This document shows, piece after piece, positions 1 to 14,470 of a stretch of DNA of 64,000 nucleotides; positions within the stretch are counted from its first letter, which is position 1; each line of letters starts with the position of its first letter. A program made the translations under genes and the position numbers. Source of the DNA: Octopus bimaculoides. Taxonomy: Eukaryota. Under the pieces are notes generated by a model. The model was not told where the DNA came from. It was given only the letters and a program-made list of their open reading frames with translations, and searched no databases. The DNA lies in NCBI RefSeq assembly GCF_001194135.2, contig NC_068997.1, positions 4,011,074-4,075,073 on the forward strand, read 5' to 3'.

Positions 1-290
1 CAGAGACAGTACAGGAGAAGTGGAGGGCAGGATGGAAAGATTGAACGAAAGAGAGGAACGAGTCAAGATGTTCACGGGAGAGAGAGGTGGCACCGATACA
101 GTCGTCGATATACCGACCGTATAGTTCGGGAGTGGGACCAGTGAAACTGGAGAATATTTGGGCCTCAACATAACCAACGAAGAGGTTCGCGTAGTTGGGG
201 CCCATTCTCGTCCCCATGGCCACTCCCGAGAGGCTGGTAGATATCTCCCGCGAACGAGAAGCAGTTGAGAGATAGGACAAGTTCGGCCAT
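1..290 (-). mobile_element. Penelope-like retroelement reverse transcriptase fragment (frameshifted)
   Basis: Minus-strand translation MAELVLSLNCFSFAGDIYQ / LSGVAMGTRMGPNYANLFVGYVEAQ...LYGRYIDDCIG...FVQSFHPALHF contains the PLE RT motifs GxAMG, YIDD and HPxxxF. Confidence 0.88.
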
Positions 291-1470
291 GCTTCAAATC
301 CTCTTGATTACTAACATGAGCCAATTTCGAACTCAAGTCCCATCAGATTTAGTCGTTTATTTCAACCCAATGAAAAGTGGCTCTGGTTAAGGAGCAGAGA
401 AATAAAACATGAAATATTTAAAGGCTGTGGGAGTTAGGATTTCTTAATTCTAAGAAGATTCCTTAAGTTTGTTTAGGACTTCCTATACAAACGAAAGAAA
501 TCAATTTATCATGAATGACCTGAAACTGCAAACAACCAAAGGTCAATAAACGAATTTCCTCATGCAGACACAAAGACACACAGACACAAACTCACACACA
601 TAGATATACGCATATGCACGCACACACACACACACGCACACACACATACACCTCACAACGCCTACACCCAATCACACACGCATTGTCAGCCACACACATA
701 CGCACACAAACTGGCACATAGAAATATGCACACGTACACACACACACACACACACATCACATCACATCACAACGCTAACGCTCAGACGCACAAACACACA
801 CACATTGACATGCACTCACACCCACACGCATATACTCACACACATGCAAGTGCACACAAATCTACATACATATGCCAGACAAAACACACAAACAGATAAG
901 CAGTCACACAAAGATGCACACATGTAGGCACACATAAGATACAAGGATGCACATGTGCGCACATACACGCTGATGCAAGTATGTGCGCTATGAAGTCAAG
1001 CACACACACGCACATGCATAAGCACGTACATACATACATGCATCCGCACATTATCGCATACACACAAGAGGTACACGCATACACTCTCACACATACACAC
1101 ACACGCACGCGCATACTCACACACACAAACACATACGCATGCACAAAGACATACACACACGACCGCACACACACATACATACAGAAAGTAAAAGCTGGAA
1201 GCCCATACATACACACAACACACACCGATAGTTATCTAAAGTTCTTTCTATCGAATTCAGAGATAAAGCTCAGTCAGTTAATTTGGTACCTTGAGCCACT
1301 GAACGATGTCTTTGAGTCACCGAAATAGCGGAGCTGCCTGAAATATTTTATTTGTCTTGGAAAAGAATGATTAAAGATCTGCTAAAAAATAAACATAATT
1401 AATGCTTGATTTTGTAATTATACTGGAATTAATTCTATCAGCAGATCTATCACTCCTCCTCCTTCCATTC

Positions 1471-2590
<1,120 letters not shown>

Positions 2591-2788
2591 ATTGATATTA
2601 TTATAATTATCCTCATTTTCGTTTTCGTCGGCTCCTTCATCATTATCTTTAATTATTCGTTATCGCTTTATCCTATTTCTTCTGAAGCAGCAAAACCCTC
2701 TTCATACATACATAATACATACATACATACATACAGACAGACAGACAGACTGCCACACACACGCACACCTACACACACACATATGTGC

Positions 2789-2819
<31 letters not shown>

Positions 2820-2906
2820 AGTGCCTATATATATTTACCTGTATTAACGCATCTATATATATATTGTTTTTTTTAATCTATTTTGTTTTTTTAACATATT
2901 TCTATT

Positions 2907-2956
<50 letters not shown>

Positions 2957-2969
2957 GTAATGTGTAAAA

Positions 2970-3520
2970 CAGTTAGTTTTAAATATCTGAATGAGATCTA
3001 AGTTGGGGACTATACTACATAGTCAAATCTATCTGCTGTGAAGGGCCATGTTATTACCGTTTAACCCCAGGAAAACATCTTTTCCAGCTGGTTATTGACA
3101 CACAATCTGTGTCTGAAATATACTGTGAGCAAGGGAGCCACTAGCAGTAATTTTTTGTTCTCGGTGCTGGACAACCGCCGACTAGAGATAAGAGCTTACT
3201 GGACCCTACTCACAGTATATAAATATGGAAGTGACAGACAATCACTAATCTCGTAATGACTAAAGCAGTTAGTTTTAAATCTCTCTGAATGAGATCTAAG
3301 TAGTAACTATACTTCATAGTAAAATCTATTTGCTGTCCTGCGTAGGACCAAAATACTACCTTTTAACCGCAAGAAAACCTTTTTTCCGACTGGTTATCGA
3401 CACAATTTGTGTCTGAAACCATTGGTCTGTTAGTACTGCTGGGAGGGAGTAGTACGCTCCCTTGCTCACAGTATATTTCCGACACAGATTGTGTGTCAAT
3501 AACCTGCTGGGGATGTTTTC
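2970..3520. repeat. Composite direct + inverted repeat element
   Basis: Direct copies at ~2970-3116 and ~3266-3417. Near-perfect inverted pair at 3071-3138 and 3456-3520. Confidence 0.85.
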
Positions 3521-3624
3521 TAAGGAAGAATTTATAGTAAGAATTTTAGTAGGAGTGGCTGCGTGTTGTGTCTACCTACACATGTGCGTAGGAGAATGGT
3601 CAGTAGAAAGGTACTGGTAGTTTG

Positions 3625-4383
3625 AAGTATGTGTGTGCGCGTATATGTATATGTAGTGTGTGTGTTTTGTTTCCAGTGTGCGTGTGTGTGTGTATGTGTG
3701 TGTACGTGTGGGTACGTGTGTGCGCCTGAGGTTGTGTCTGTGGAGTAACTCTACTTTCGTCTGTGTGTTTGCGTGTGTGTGCTTGTATGTGCGTGTGTGT
3801 GTGTGTACATGTGTATATAATCGTGTGCGTGTATGTATGAGTGTGTGTATGGGAGGTATGTGTTCATCTGCGTGTGCGTGTATGTGTGTGCGTGTGAGTG
3901 TATGTGCGTGAGTACATGTGTGTGTATGTGCGTGTGTATTTTGTGTGTGTGCATGTGTGTGTGCGTGTGTATGTGTCTTTGTGCGTGTGTGTGTGAACGA
4001 GGGGTTGTGTAGGGGCTATAGGTGCGTTTTATTGCGCGTGTATGCATGTGCGTGTGTGTACGTGTGTATGTGTATGTGCCTGTAGTTGTGTGTATGTGTA
4101 TGTGTGTATGTGAATGTGTGTATGCATGTGTGCGTGGGTTGTGTGGGGTTGTGTGGGGGGTTTGCGTAGGCGTATATGTGCGTACCTGTGAGTACGTGCG
4201 TGAATTCGTTTACGTGCGTGTGTACGTGTATGTGCGTATGTGTGTTGCGCATGTGTGTGTAATTGTGTGCGTGTCTGTATGTGCATTGTGTGTGTTGGAG
4301 GTATATGTGCGTACATGTACTAGTGTGGGTATGTATGTGTATGTACGTGTGTATATGTGTGTGTGCGTGTGTATGTGTGTATG
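3625..4383. repeat. Complex (TG)n/(TGTA)n microsatellite (similar CA block at 570-1230)
   Basis: Direct inspection. Confidence 0.95.
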
Positions 4384-7199
4384 NNNNNNNNNNNNNNNNN
4401 NNNNNNNNNNNNNNNNNNNNNNNNNNNNNNNNNNNNNNNNNNNNNNNNNNNNNNNNNNNNNNNNNNNNNNNNNNNNNNNNNNNNNNNNNNNNNNNNNNNN
4501 NNNNNNNNNNNNNNNNNNNNNNNNNNNNNNNNNNNNNNNNNNNNNNNNNNNNNNNNNNNNNNNNNNNNNNNNNNNNNNNNNNNNNNNNNNNNNNNNNNNN
4601 NNNNNNNNNNNNNNNNNNNNNNNNNNNNNNNNNNNNNNNNNNNNNNNNNNNNNNNNNNNNNNNNNNNNNNNNNNNNNNNNNNNNNNNNNNNNNNNNNNNN
4701 NNNNNNNNNNNNNNNNNNNNNNNNNNNNNNNNNNNNNNNNNNNNNNNNNNNNNNNNNNNNNNNNNNNNNNNNNNNNNNNNNNNNNNNNNNNNNNNNNNNN
4801 NNNNNNNNNNNNNNNNNNNNNNNNNNNNNNNNNNNNNNNNNNNNNNNNGTGTGCATATGTGTGTGCGTGTGTGTATGTGAGTGGAAGTATGTGTGTGTAT
4901 ATATATGCATGTATGTGTGTCATATGTGTGTGGTGTGCGTGGGAGGATAGATAAATAGATAGATAGATAGATAGATAGATGGATAGATAGATAGATAGAT
5001 AGATATACTCACATATCAAATACTAAATATAGATGATGTGTAAGTGTGTGTGTGTTTGTGTGTATATGAGTATCTGCACGCGCGAGCTCGTGTGTGTGTA
5101 TAGAGAGAGAAAACACATGTTCCCTCTGACACAATCATACTCTTCCTTAATCCACATTTGGATTAACAATCAAAATTACACCCTGCCGTCCGAAATGTAA
5201 TGTTCTTACTCACTAAATCCAAACGTGTACTTGAACGCCATGTACATTTTCCTCACATAAACGATTGAATACGCACAAGCAAGTAAAACCCTCTGCAAAC
5301 AACGATTGCTCTCATGCAGATGTAAAATTTTTTAAATCTTAATATATTTCAAACTTCTACCCTTCCCTTAATATTGATTTCAAATTCTGACAAAAAGCCA
5401 GCAATTTTGGCGAAATGTATAAACCGACTACATCGATATCAGTATTCTACTGGTACCTATTTTATCGAACCCGAAGGGATGAAAGGCCAAATCGACCTCG
5501 ATGGAATTTGGACTCAGAATGTAAAGACGCACAAAATGTCTTAAAGTATTTTTCTCTGTGTACCAACGATTCTGAAAGAGCCCTCCGCCTTACTCTTTCC
5601 ATAATGTTACAGTCTTTTTAACGACTTGCTTCGTGAATTTTTTTCCATTTCTGGTTATGGGAACTAATCAAAAGCAAAAGTGAAAATAACGCTAACAATG
5701 ATGATGATGATAACGATGATGATGAAGACTATGAGAAGGATGGAGAAAAAGAGAACGAGAACGAAGATAAGAAGGAGAACGATTAAGAGAAAGAGAAAGA
5801 GGTGGGAGGCCGGTGAAGGAGAAATAATAATGATTTTGAGCATGACTGTAGTAGTCTTGATAGTGGACAAGGAGAAGAAGAAGAANNNNNNNNNNTATGT
5901 GCATTGTGTGTGTTGGAGGTATATGTGCGTACATGTACTAGTGTGGGTATGTATGTGTATGTACGTGTGTATATGTGTGTGTGCGTGTGTATGTGTGTAT
6001 GTGCGTGCGTGTGCATATGTGTGTCTGAACGTGGAAATGTGTGTCGGGTTGTGTGCATTTTGTGGCGTGTATGCGCATGTGCTTGAGTATGTATGTGTAT
6101 GTGGTTGTGTGTACGTGTGTACGTTTATGTGTCTATGTGTGTGTGTACATAGGTATGTGTGTCTGTGTTCGTGGGGTTGTGTGGGTTAGGTATCTGTGAA
6201 TTCCTATACTTGTGTGTGTGTGTGTGCGTTTGTGCACATGTGTGTGTACGCGTATATGTGTGTGCGCGTGGGAGTATGTAGGTGTCTGTGCGTGCATGTG
6301 TGTGTGTATGTGTGTGCATATGTGTGTGCGTGTGTGTATGTGAGTGGAAGTATGTGTGTGTATATATATGCATGTATGTGTGTCATATGTGTGTGGTGTG
6401 CGTGGGAGGATAGATAAATAGATAGATAGATAGATAGATAGATGGATAGATAGATAGANNNNNNNNNNNNNNNNNNNNNNNNNNNNNNNNNNNNNNNNNN
6501 NNNNNNNNNNNNNNNNNNNNNNNNNNNNNNNNNNNNNNNNNNNNNNNNNNNNNNNNNNTGTATATATATATATATATATAAACACATACATATACATATA
6601 TACATACATTTATAAATATATGTATGTATGCATATATGGATGATTCTATGCATATGCTCCATTGTACAGCTTTATATTTACAGGCATATCTATAGGAAAA
6701 TGAAAATAATAAATGTATAAATAGATAGTTAAATACACGTATAAACAAAACCTGGCAACAATATCTTTAAAAAACATCAGAGGAAAATATGCAGTTATAT
6801 GAGTTTGTTTACAGGCCTGTTAATTTAAGCATTCTTATACAATAGATATTACGAGACCAGCTATATAGCATTGCAAATGGTGGATCATTAATATTTTGTA
6901 AAGAACGGAAAATCAGTATTGATGGCTAACATATACATAGATCTCTACTGAATGAAATTGTTCCAAGACAAACACGAACATCCAAATTGGTGTTCTTTAA
7001 TTGAACAACAATGAAAGAAGACAATTCTCTGCAATATGGTGTGTATTGATTCCAAGTGCCTACTTGAGATGGCTTTCCATAATGATAGAAAAATTGTTTT
7101 ATGCACAGCCTTTTGTCATTCATATTGTTTTATCTTCGCTTTGGTATTGGTCACAATACCATCATTCACGCGCACCATTGACGCGCAGGCACACATACA

Positions 7200-7235
<36 letters not shown>

Positions 7236-7482
7236 TATAGATACACACATATACATACACACACACATCATTTATACAGATATACTTATATCATGTACAC
7301 AAGCAGACATACACTTTTATATCAATGGATGCTTATATATACATACATATCTATGGATGTATATATGTACACGCGCGCGCAACCTTATCTACATATCACT
7401 TTATGGATGCACATTAACATTTTCATGTGGATATGTACGCATATATATTCGTGAACATATGTATATACGTTTACATATGGTT

Positions 7483-7540
<58 letters not shown>

Positions 7541-7870
7541 CATATATACACACATATATATATATATTTATATATATTACATATGATGACTTATATGCAT
7601 TCGTATATGAATACCAAATAAATATCTAAATATATGTTCATATACATGCTTCATACGGGCATAAAATACATATATGGTTAGATATATTACGCATGGATGA
7701 AATTATTGTGACAACGAGGAAAGATGTGTGTGGTTGTGTGTTTATATATATGTGTATAGAAATATATGCATGCATGTATTTATGAACATATGTAAATACA
7801 TTCATACACACATATATACACCAAGAAATATAGCTATGTATATGTGTGTGTTTATATATCTATCTAGATG

Positions 7871-7962
<92 letters not shown>

Positions 7963-7989
7963 TGCATGTATTTATGTATGCGTGTATTT

Positions 7990-8775
7990 ATATGTTTTCA
8001 TTCAGGTCTAACGACCGTCCATATTTCTTTTCGTTCGGTTTACTTGTATGTCTCCACTCTCCTGTTTTTGTTCCCAACATTGACCGTCCATAAATCCTTA
8101 ATTTGTCAAATTCTTTTGCAGATATATTTTTATCAGTGGGAACACTAACACTTACATCTATTAGTCTACAAGTATTTTCTTGCCTGTCTTTAATGACTAT
8201 TTCAGGTTGATTAGTCTAGAACGTTCTCTGGGTGTTGACTGGAAAATCCCAGAGGATATTGACATTTCTACCTTCAACGATTGGCTCGGGATGATGTTGG
8301 TATCAATAAGCAGAAGTGCTGATTTTTTAGTGTTTACATATTTTCCAATGTAAATGCTGTCCTACCCTATCGTGGCGATTTTTCTATTCGTTTGGTGTCA
8401 CCACAGGACATCCCGAGACCAGATGGTCTATTGTTTCGTCAAATGTATCGAAGAATCTGCTTTTAGGGTCAGAATTGTTTTGAAGAACGTTAGCCCGGTA
8501 CATTTTGGTAAGCAAGCTTTAATCTTGTGTCGACATTATTAAACTTTCTGTCTCTGCTTTTAGTCCAGGGCGAATTTGCAAGCTTCCATGAAAATAGAAT
8601 GTGATTCTTTGGTGCTTTTGTTATTGTACACAAACCGCAGCGTCCAGTCCTCTCTACTTAGATACACACCTGTTCATTGCTATTGTGGAGGTCTTACAAC
8701 ATAAGTTCTACCTGCATCATTCCTCTTCCCTCGTTACTTCCAGGCAAATACAGACGATCAGCGTCGGCTTTTCGA
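7990..8775 (-). mobile_element. R4/Dong-like non-LTR retrotransposon 3' fragment (family 1; zinc knuckle + REL endonuclease), decayed
   Basis: Minus frames read AETESLIMSTQD...YRANVLQNNSDPKSRF...ETIDHLVSGCP and HHPEPIVEGRNVNILWDFPV...NQPEIVIKDRQENTCRLIDVSVPTDKNISAKEFDKL, with stops. Confidence 0.85.
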
Positions 8776-10054
8776 TGGTGAATCTTCTTCTTCTTCTTCT
8801 TCTTCTTCTTCTTCTTCTTCTTCTTCGTATTGTAGAAAGGATTATTATTATTATCACTAACATGAATCCAAGCGCCAAATTTTGAAGAAATCCATTGCTG
8901 AGACGATTAGCAAAATCAATTCAGTTCTACCTCATTTGTCAACCGGGAAAGGATGGGAATGTAAAATCAAACCCGACAGGATTTGAAATCCTTACGTAAA
9001 GAGGGGACAACTGCTTGCTGCAAGTAATTTAATCCAGTTGTCCTATTCTATTTTCCTCACCATCTTAATCATTATAATAATGATGATTTAAAATTTTGGC
9101 ACAATGCCAGCAAGTTCGCGGAAGTGGGTAAGCCGATTACATCGACTTCAATGCTCAAATGATACTCATGTTATCGACATCGAAAGAATGAAAGGTATAG
9201 TTGACCTCGGCGGAATTTGAATGAATCGGCAAGCTCGCTGCCTTCATCATTGTAATGATAATTAAACTAAAATCTGTTCTATATTTGGTAGTATATTCCG
9301 AAAATATCACCAATTAAATGTAAAATTTGTCTCATAATCAAAAATGATTGTAGAAATTTATAAATAATTTACTGGTAATTAAAATTACAATGTTTTCTTT
9401 TTGTTTGTCTTTTACGTATCAATAATTTTCTTACACATTTTGGTAAAACAGTTTAGCAAGAATGTTGAACCGAAAATATTCTTACTGCATGAGTTATATA
9501 AATTATACACAAACACAACACACACACACAACACACGCGCGCGCGCGCACGCACTGAAATAGATATATACATATCTGAACATTGTAATTATATACACACA
9601 TAACGTACATGTGTATATAGATACATGTGCGTGTGTGTGTGTGTGTGTATTTGTGTGTGTGTGTGTGTGTGTGTGTGTGAGTGTGTGTGAGTGTGTGTGA
9701 GTGTGTGAGTGTGTGTGTGTGTGTCTGTGCGTGTGTGTGTGAAATTCACAAACTGAATCCGTTTTAATAAGACATAATGGTGGGTAATTACCAAATGAAG
9801 TATAATTATGTTTTGAACTCTTTGAGATATTGACGTCAATATTTTCAGAAATGGTTTCCACTTACATTCGATCAGAAATTGTTGATTTGGTGTGGCGTAG
9901 AGTGGTAAGTAGGCTGTTGGGGAAGCAAGCATAAATACCTTATCGTACTTAATAACTACCTGTCTCTTATAAGTTAGACACATTGGATGCTGTGACTTAT
10001 TTTTACATTAATTAATAACATAGTTGTACGTTATAAATGCATACGGGGGGACGA

Positions 10055-10333
10055 GGAGGCGGGGGAGGAAAAGAGAGGAAGAAGAAGAAGAAGAAGAAGA
10101 AGAAGAAGAAGAAGGGGAGGAGGATGAGGAGGAGAAGAAGAAAGAGGAGGAAGAGGAGGAAGAGGAGAAGAAAGTGGAGGAAGAGAAGAAAGTGGAGGAA
10201 GAGGAGGCGGAGGAGAAAAAGAAGAAGAAGAAGAAGAAGAAGAAGAAGAAAAAGAAAAAGAAGAAGCAGAAGAAGAAGAAGAAGAAGAAGAAGAAGAAGA
10301 AGAGGAGGAGGAAGAGGAGGAGGAGGAGGAGGA
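10055..10333. repeat. (GAA/GAG)n trinucleotide block
   Basis: Direct inspection. Confidence 0.95.
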
Positions 10334-10427
10334 NNNNNNNNNNNNNNNNNNNNNNNNNNNNNNNNNNNNNNNNNNNNNNNNNNNNNNNNNNNNNNNNNNN
10401 NNNNNNNNNNNNNNNNNNNNNNNNNGA

Positions 10428-10700
10428 GGAAAGGGTTTACGCTGAAAATGCGGAAAATGCATTGATAATACTTCTTTGTTTCTGGGGTTGTATGTGGATA
10501 TGTGCAGCAGTATTTTCGGGGAAGGTGTGTTGCTTTGTTGAACTTTTCTTGAGGTTTCTCTGTCGATTTGTGTTGCACATTTGATTCTATCCTTTATGAG
10601 CTGAACTGCGTAGTGTCTGTCAATTAGGGTGTTTTTGAGTTCTTTCAGTCTAGAGTCTCTGGTATTTTTTCTGACGCTATTTTGCATATCCTTCTTGCAA
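10428..10700 (-). mobile_element. Penelope-like element fragment, RT-to-GIY-YIG linker region
   Basis: TRDSRLKELKNTLIDRHYAVQLIKDRIKCATQIDR...LHISTYNPRNKE resembles the post-RT helical linker of PLEs (RLxELKxxLxxRGY...TYNP). Confidence 0.65.
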
Positions 10701-11083
10701 GGTTGAAGGGGATGGATGTGTGTGTATGCATGCGTGTGCGTGTGTATGTGCGCGCGCGCGCGTAAAATCATGCATAATTTCCGTCAAACAAGTTGCACGC
10801 ATGAACATCAGTTAAACCATGGTTATTGAAGATGTTTGTAGAAGACACTGGTCTGAGTGGTTTCAAACTGGAAAACAGGGATACGAAAATAAATATGCTG
10901 ACCACAAAGCTATCCCCGCATCCATAAATACACACACACACACGCACACACACACACACACACACACAGACGCGCGCGCGCGCGAGCATGCAGGTTGTTT
11001 TCTGCTTTTAATTATTTTAAGTTCTTCCTTTGAAGAAGGAACTAGTTTCTAACAAATTTACATTGTAAATAACGAAAATAATG

Positions 11084-11525
11084 TCACATTTTAAACCTGA
11101 GAAAAGTCTTGCATAGTTTTACTTCTCTGTTTACAGATTGTATTTTTAATGTGCGAGTCATTTGGTTGATTTCTGTTTCTGAAAATCCAAGCTTATCCCG
11201 ACTGACAGTTAGGCTTTTACTTACAAAACCAAGTGCACAGATTATTATTTGTACAGATGTAAATTTGTAATCCGGAGATAGAAGCTGGAGGTTTCGAAAC
11301 AGTTGTCCATAGCTATCTTCTTTCTCTTTGATTGTGAAAGAGATATGTTGACCTCTATGACGGTACATATTCTTTCTTGTCTGTCCCAAACAATAATATC
11401 CAGCATGTTGTACTTGGGAATGTTCCACCTGTATTCCTTGTGCTGAAATTTGCGCACGCATTTAATAACAGGGGAATAATCTATATTTATTCCAGGACTG
11501 CTTTCATTTTTTTTTTATGGCATTG
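11084..11525 (-). mobile_element. REL-endonuclease LINE 3' fragment (family 2)
   Basis: KEYRWNIP..LDIIVWDRQERICTVIEV and DSYGQLFRNLQLLSPDYKFTSVQIIICALGFV...VKLCKTFLRFKM* are the PD-(D/E)xK REL domain and C-terminus. Confidence 0.8.
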
Positions 11526-12706
11526 CATATTGTTTTATGTATGTATGTATGTATGTATGTATGTATGTATATCGAAGTAGAAATGGATATTTATTCATAA
11601 CAACAGCTCGGTATTACTACTATAAACCTGTCTCTTCAACTCCCCCTGTAGTGTAAAAGCTTACTTACAACCGAGAGTATAATGAAGGTGCGTGGTTTAG
11701 ACGTTAGTGTATTTCGCTCATGATAGTATGGTCGTAAGTTCAATTCCTGGCAGCGCATTATGTCCTTCAGGAAGACACTGTATTTCATGTTGATACAGTC
11801 CACACAGATAGCAAAAGAAAGGAATATCTGTATTTCAACGGGCCAGTCTCGTCACATTCTGCACCACGCTGAATTTCTCTGAGAACTTCGTTAAGGTTAC
11901 CTGTGCCTATGGAGCGCCCAGCCACGTGCACGTTAATTTTTACGATCAGGCTATTCCACTGATCGGATCAACTGGAAACCTCGTTGTCGTGACCGATGGA
12001 GTGTCACATGCTACCTAGGTTAGAAAGTGTGCTTTTGATCTTGTTTGCCACGCTACTATCAACACATATGCTTTTCAAACAAGAGAAGTGAAATGCAGGA
12101 CGATTTAACTACTATTTCGAGCTGACTGATCAGCCATGTAAAAAACAACCAGCATTAGGTGTGCGAGCATGGAGCCTTATTTGTTGTTGCCTTATGATTA
12201 TTGTTAGCAGTTGGTGCTGCTCTTGTTGCGGTTTTACAATTTTATTATTGTATAACGGTTGTTCATAGTTTTCTTTCTTGTTTTTTGTTGCCGTTGCTTT
12301 TGTCACAATGTCGGCGCTTCCAAGTTTTGCAGAGTTGACGGTCATGTTGTTCTCGTCAGCTGTGTGTGATGATCAGAGATTAATCGAACTCCAACGATTG
12401 CTATCACCTCCTCTAACAACGATACTATTCTCTGATAGAAGTGATAAACACAGCCATCTTTGATTTTTTTCGCTCGTTTTACTAAAAGTTGCCTTTATCT
12501 GATATTTTCTTTTAACTTCACTAAAGGTTTCTCTTAATTCCGTCTGTCCAGGGATTTCTCGACAGTAATTTGAACAACTTAAATCTCAACCTCTTATCTT
12601 TAAAATGTAAACTTTTAATTTTAGTTTTTAAATTTCCCTGGAGTTATGGTAATTCAAACAATCAAGATCTTAGGAAATACACCGCTTCTTTCGGAATTGT
12701 GACAGT

Positions 12707-12742
<36 letters not shown>

Positions 12743-12819
12743 TATTATTATTATTATTATTATTATTATTGTTGTTGTTGTTGTTGTTGTTGTTATTATT
12801 ATTATTATCATTTATTAAT

Positions 12820-13035
12820 TACCATGTCTGGTCGATTAGCCTGGATAGTTCTGTGGGTGTCGACTGGAAAATCCCAGAGGACAGTGACATTTTTACCTTC
12901 AACGACTGGCTCAGGATGACGCTCACACCAGCAAACAGAAGTAGTGGGGGAGCATCACAGCCATGTGTTGAGAGCAATTCTTTGAGGTTTGGATAATTCA
13001 CCTCTGGTGTTTCGTTCAAATTCCGCAAACAACAC
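12820..13035 (-). mobile_element. R4/Dong-like LINE REL fragment (family 1)
   Basis: Nucleotide similarity to 8230-8300 (gactggaaaatcccagagga..gacatt..taccttcaacga.tggctc). Encodes the ILWDFPV segment. Confidence 0.75.
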
Positions 13036-13114
13036 TTACTCAGGGACCTTTTGAGCGGGATGGGCTACTCGACCTGAAGAAAATTCTAACTGAGCCCCAC
13101 CTGGAAGGACAATA

Positions 13115-13149
<35 letters not shown>

Positions 13150-13159
13150 TTATTAACCC

Positions 13160-13740
13160 GGAACTACCAAGCCAATGTGATAAAAAATGGAGCTGACCCA
13201 AAATGCCGATTTTGTAACGATGCGATTGAAACTATAGACCACCTAATCTCAGGGTGTAGAGTCTTAGCACCTGTAGAATATAAAGCAAGACAATATGTCA
13301 GCATTATAAAATCAAAACCGCTGACAAATGGTATAAACACCATCCTGAAGCTGTGACTGAGGGAGAAAATGTATTGATTCTCTGGGACTTCCCCGTACAT
13401 ACTGACAAGACTATAAAAGCTAATAAACCGGATATTATTATAAAAGATCAGATAAAGAAGACGTGTTTATTAATTGACATGAGTATTCCCTCTGATCATA
13501 ATATAGCGGCGAAAGAATTTGACAAGATCAGTAAATATAAAGACTTGCTAATAGAAATTGAAAAAATGTGGCACCTCAAGGCGACTATGATACCAGTGAT
13601 TGTAGGATCTCTAGGAATGATAAACAAAAGGTACTGAAACCTATTTGAAAATGATACAGGCTTACCATCCCTACAGGAAGTGCAAAAAATCGTGCTAACT
13701 GAACGACTCATGTACTGAGAAGAGCATTATCGCTGTGAAA
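13160..13740 (+). mobile_element. R4/Dong-like LINE 3' fragment (family 1): CCHC knuckle + REL endonuclease
   Basis: YQANVIKNGADPKCRFCNDAIETIDHLISGC, then ILWDFPVHTDKTIKANKPDIIIKDQIKKTCLLIDMSIPSDHNIAAKEFDKISKYKDLLIEIEKMWHLKATMIPVIVGSLGMI (ORF 13353-13637). Confidence 0.9.
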
Positions 13741-13929
13741 ACAACATTCATTCATTTTTTTTTTTTTTCTTAAATACATGTTTTACCTGTGAATTTGCGT
13801 GTGTAAACTGGGAATGCATACAACGAGTTTCTCTGCCCTAGGTGTGCGGAAAACACTCGGCGAGAAATGGAAGAAAATTTGAAGAAAGAAGAAAAAAAAA
13901 TAATAATAATAATAACAATAATAATAGGC

Positions 13930-14470
13930 ACTTACCACAACGCCTGAATAATGCACGAAATAGTGAGAAGTGTCTACCACTACTGAGAGGAATCGAGAAA
14001 GAAATGCTAAGTAAAGTAGAAAAGAATATTGACCAGCTGTTAACGAAAATCTAACGGATTTAAGCGTCTTATATTGTGCAGCTTCTGTTGCTGTGCAAAT
14101 TTTGTGGGGCTCAAACGAAGACTTGGAAAGTAAATTGTATAGCTCAATAGAGATTTCGGAACGACGCACGCAATCATAAAACAGGTAAGGAATGAACCTT
14201 AAAGAAAGTACATGATGCACAAGGGATTGTAAGTAGTTAAAGAAGTGACAAGAGGAAAAAGAAATCAGAGAGAAAATCTCCAAAGGGTACAAGAGAAGAA
14301 TTGAGAAAATAATCGAAGCAAAATGGAAGGCGTACCATTAAAACACAAGTACAAGGGCTGTGCCAGTGTTAAGATACTCTGCACCCTCCCTGAAATGAGA
14401 AAAGGTAGGGTTACAGAACCTAGAAGAATCAGGAAGCTGCTCACAATACAGCACGCACATCATCCTAGTT
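13930..14470 (+). mobile_element. Heavily decayed LINE fragments (probably family 1, pre- and post-RT pieces)
   Basis: Pieces reading TRAVPVLRYS and RRIRKLLTIQHAHHP resemble the post-RT region of R4-clade elements. Many stops. Confidence 0.55.
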
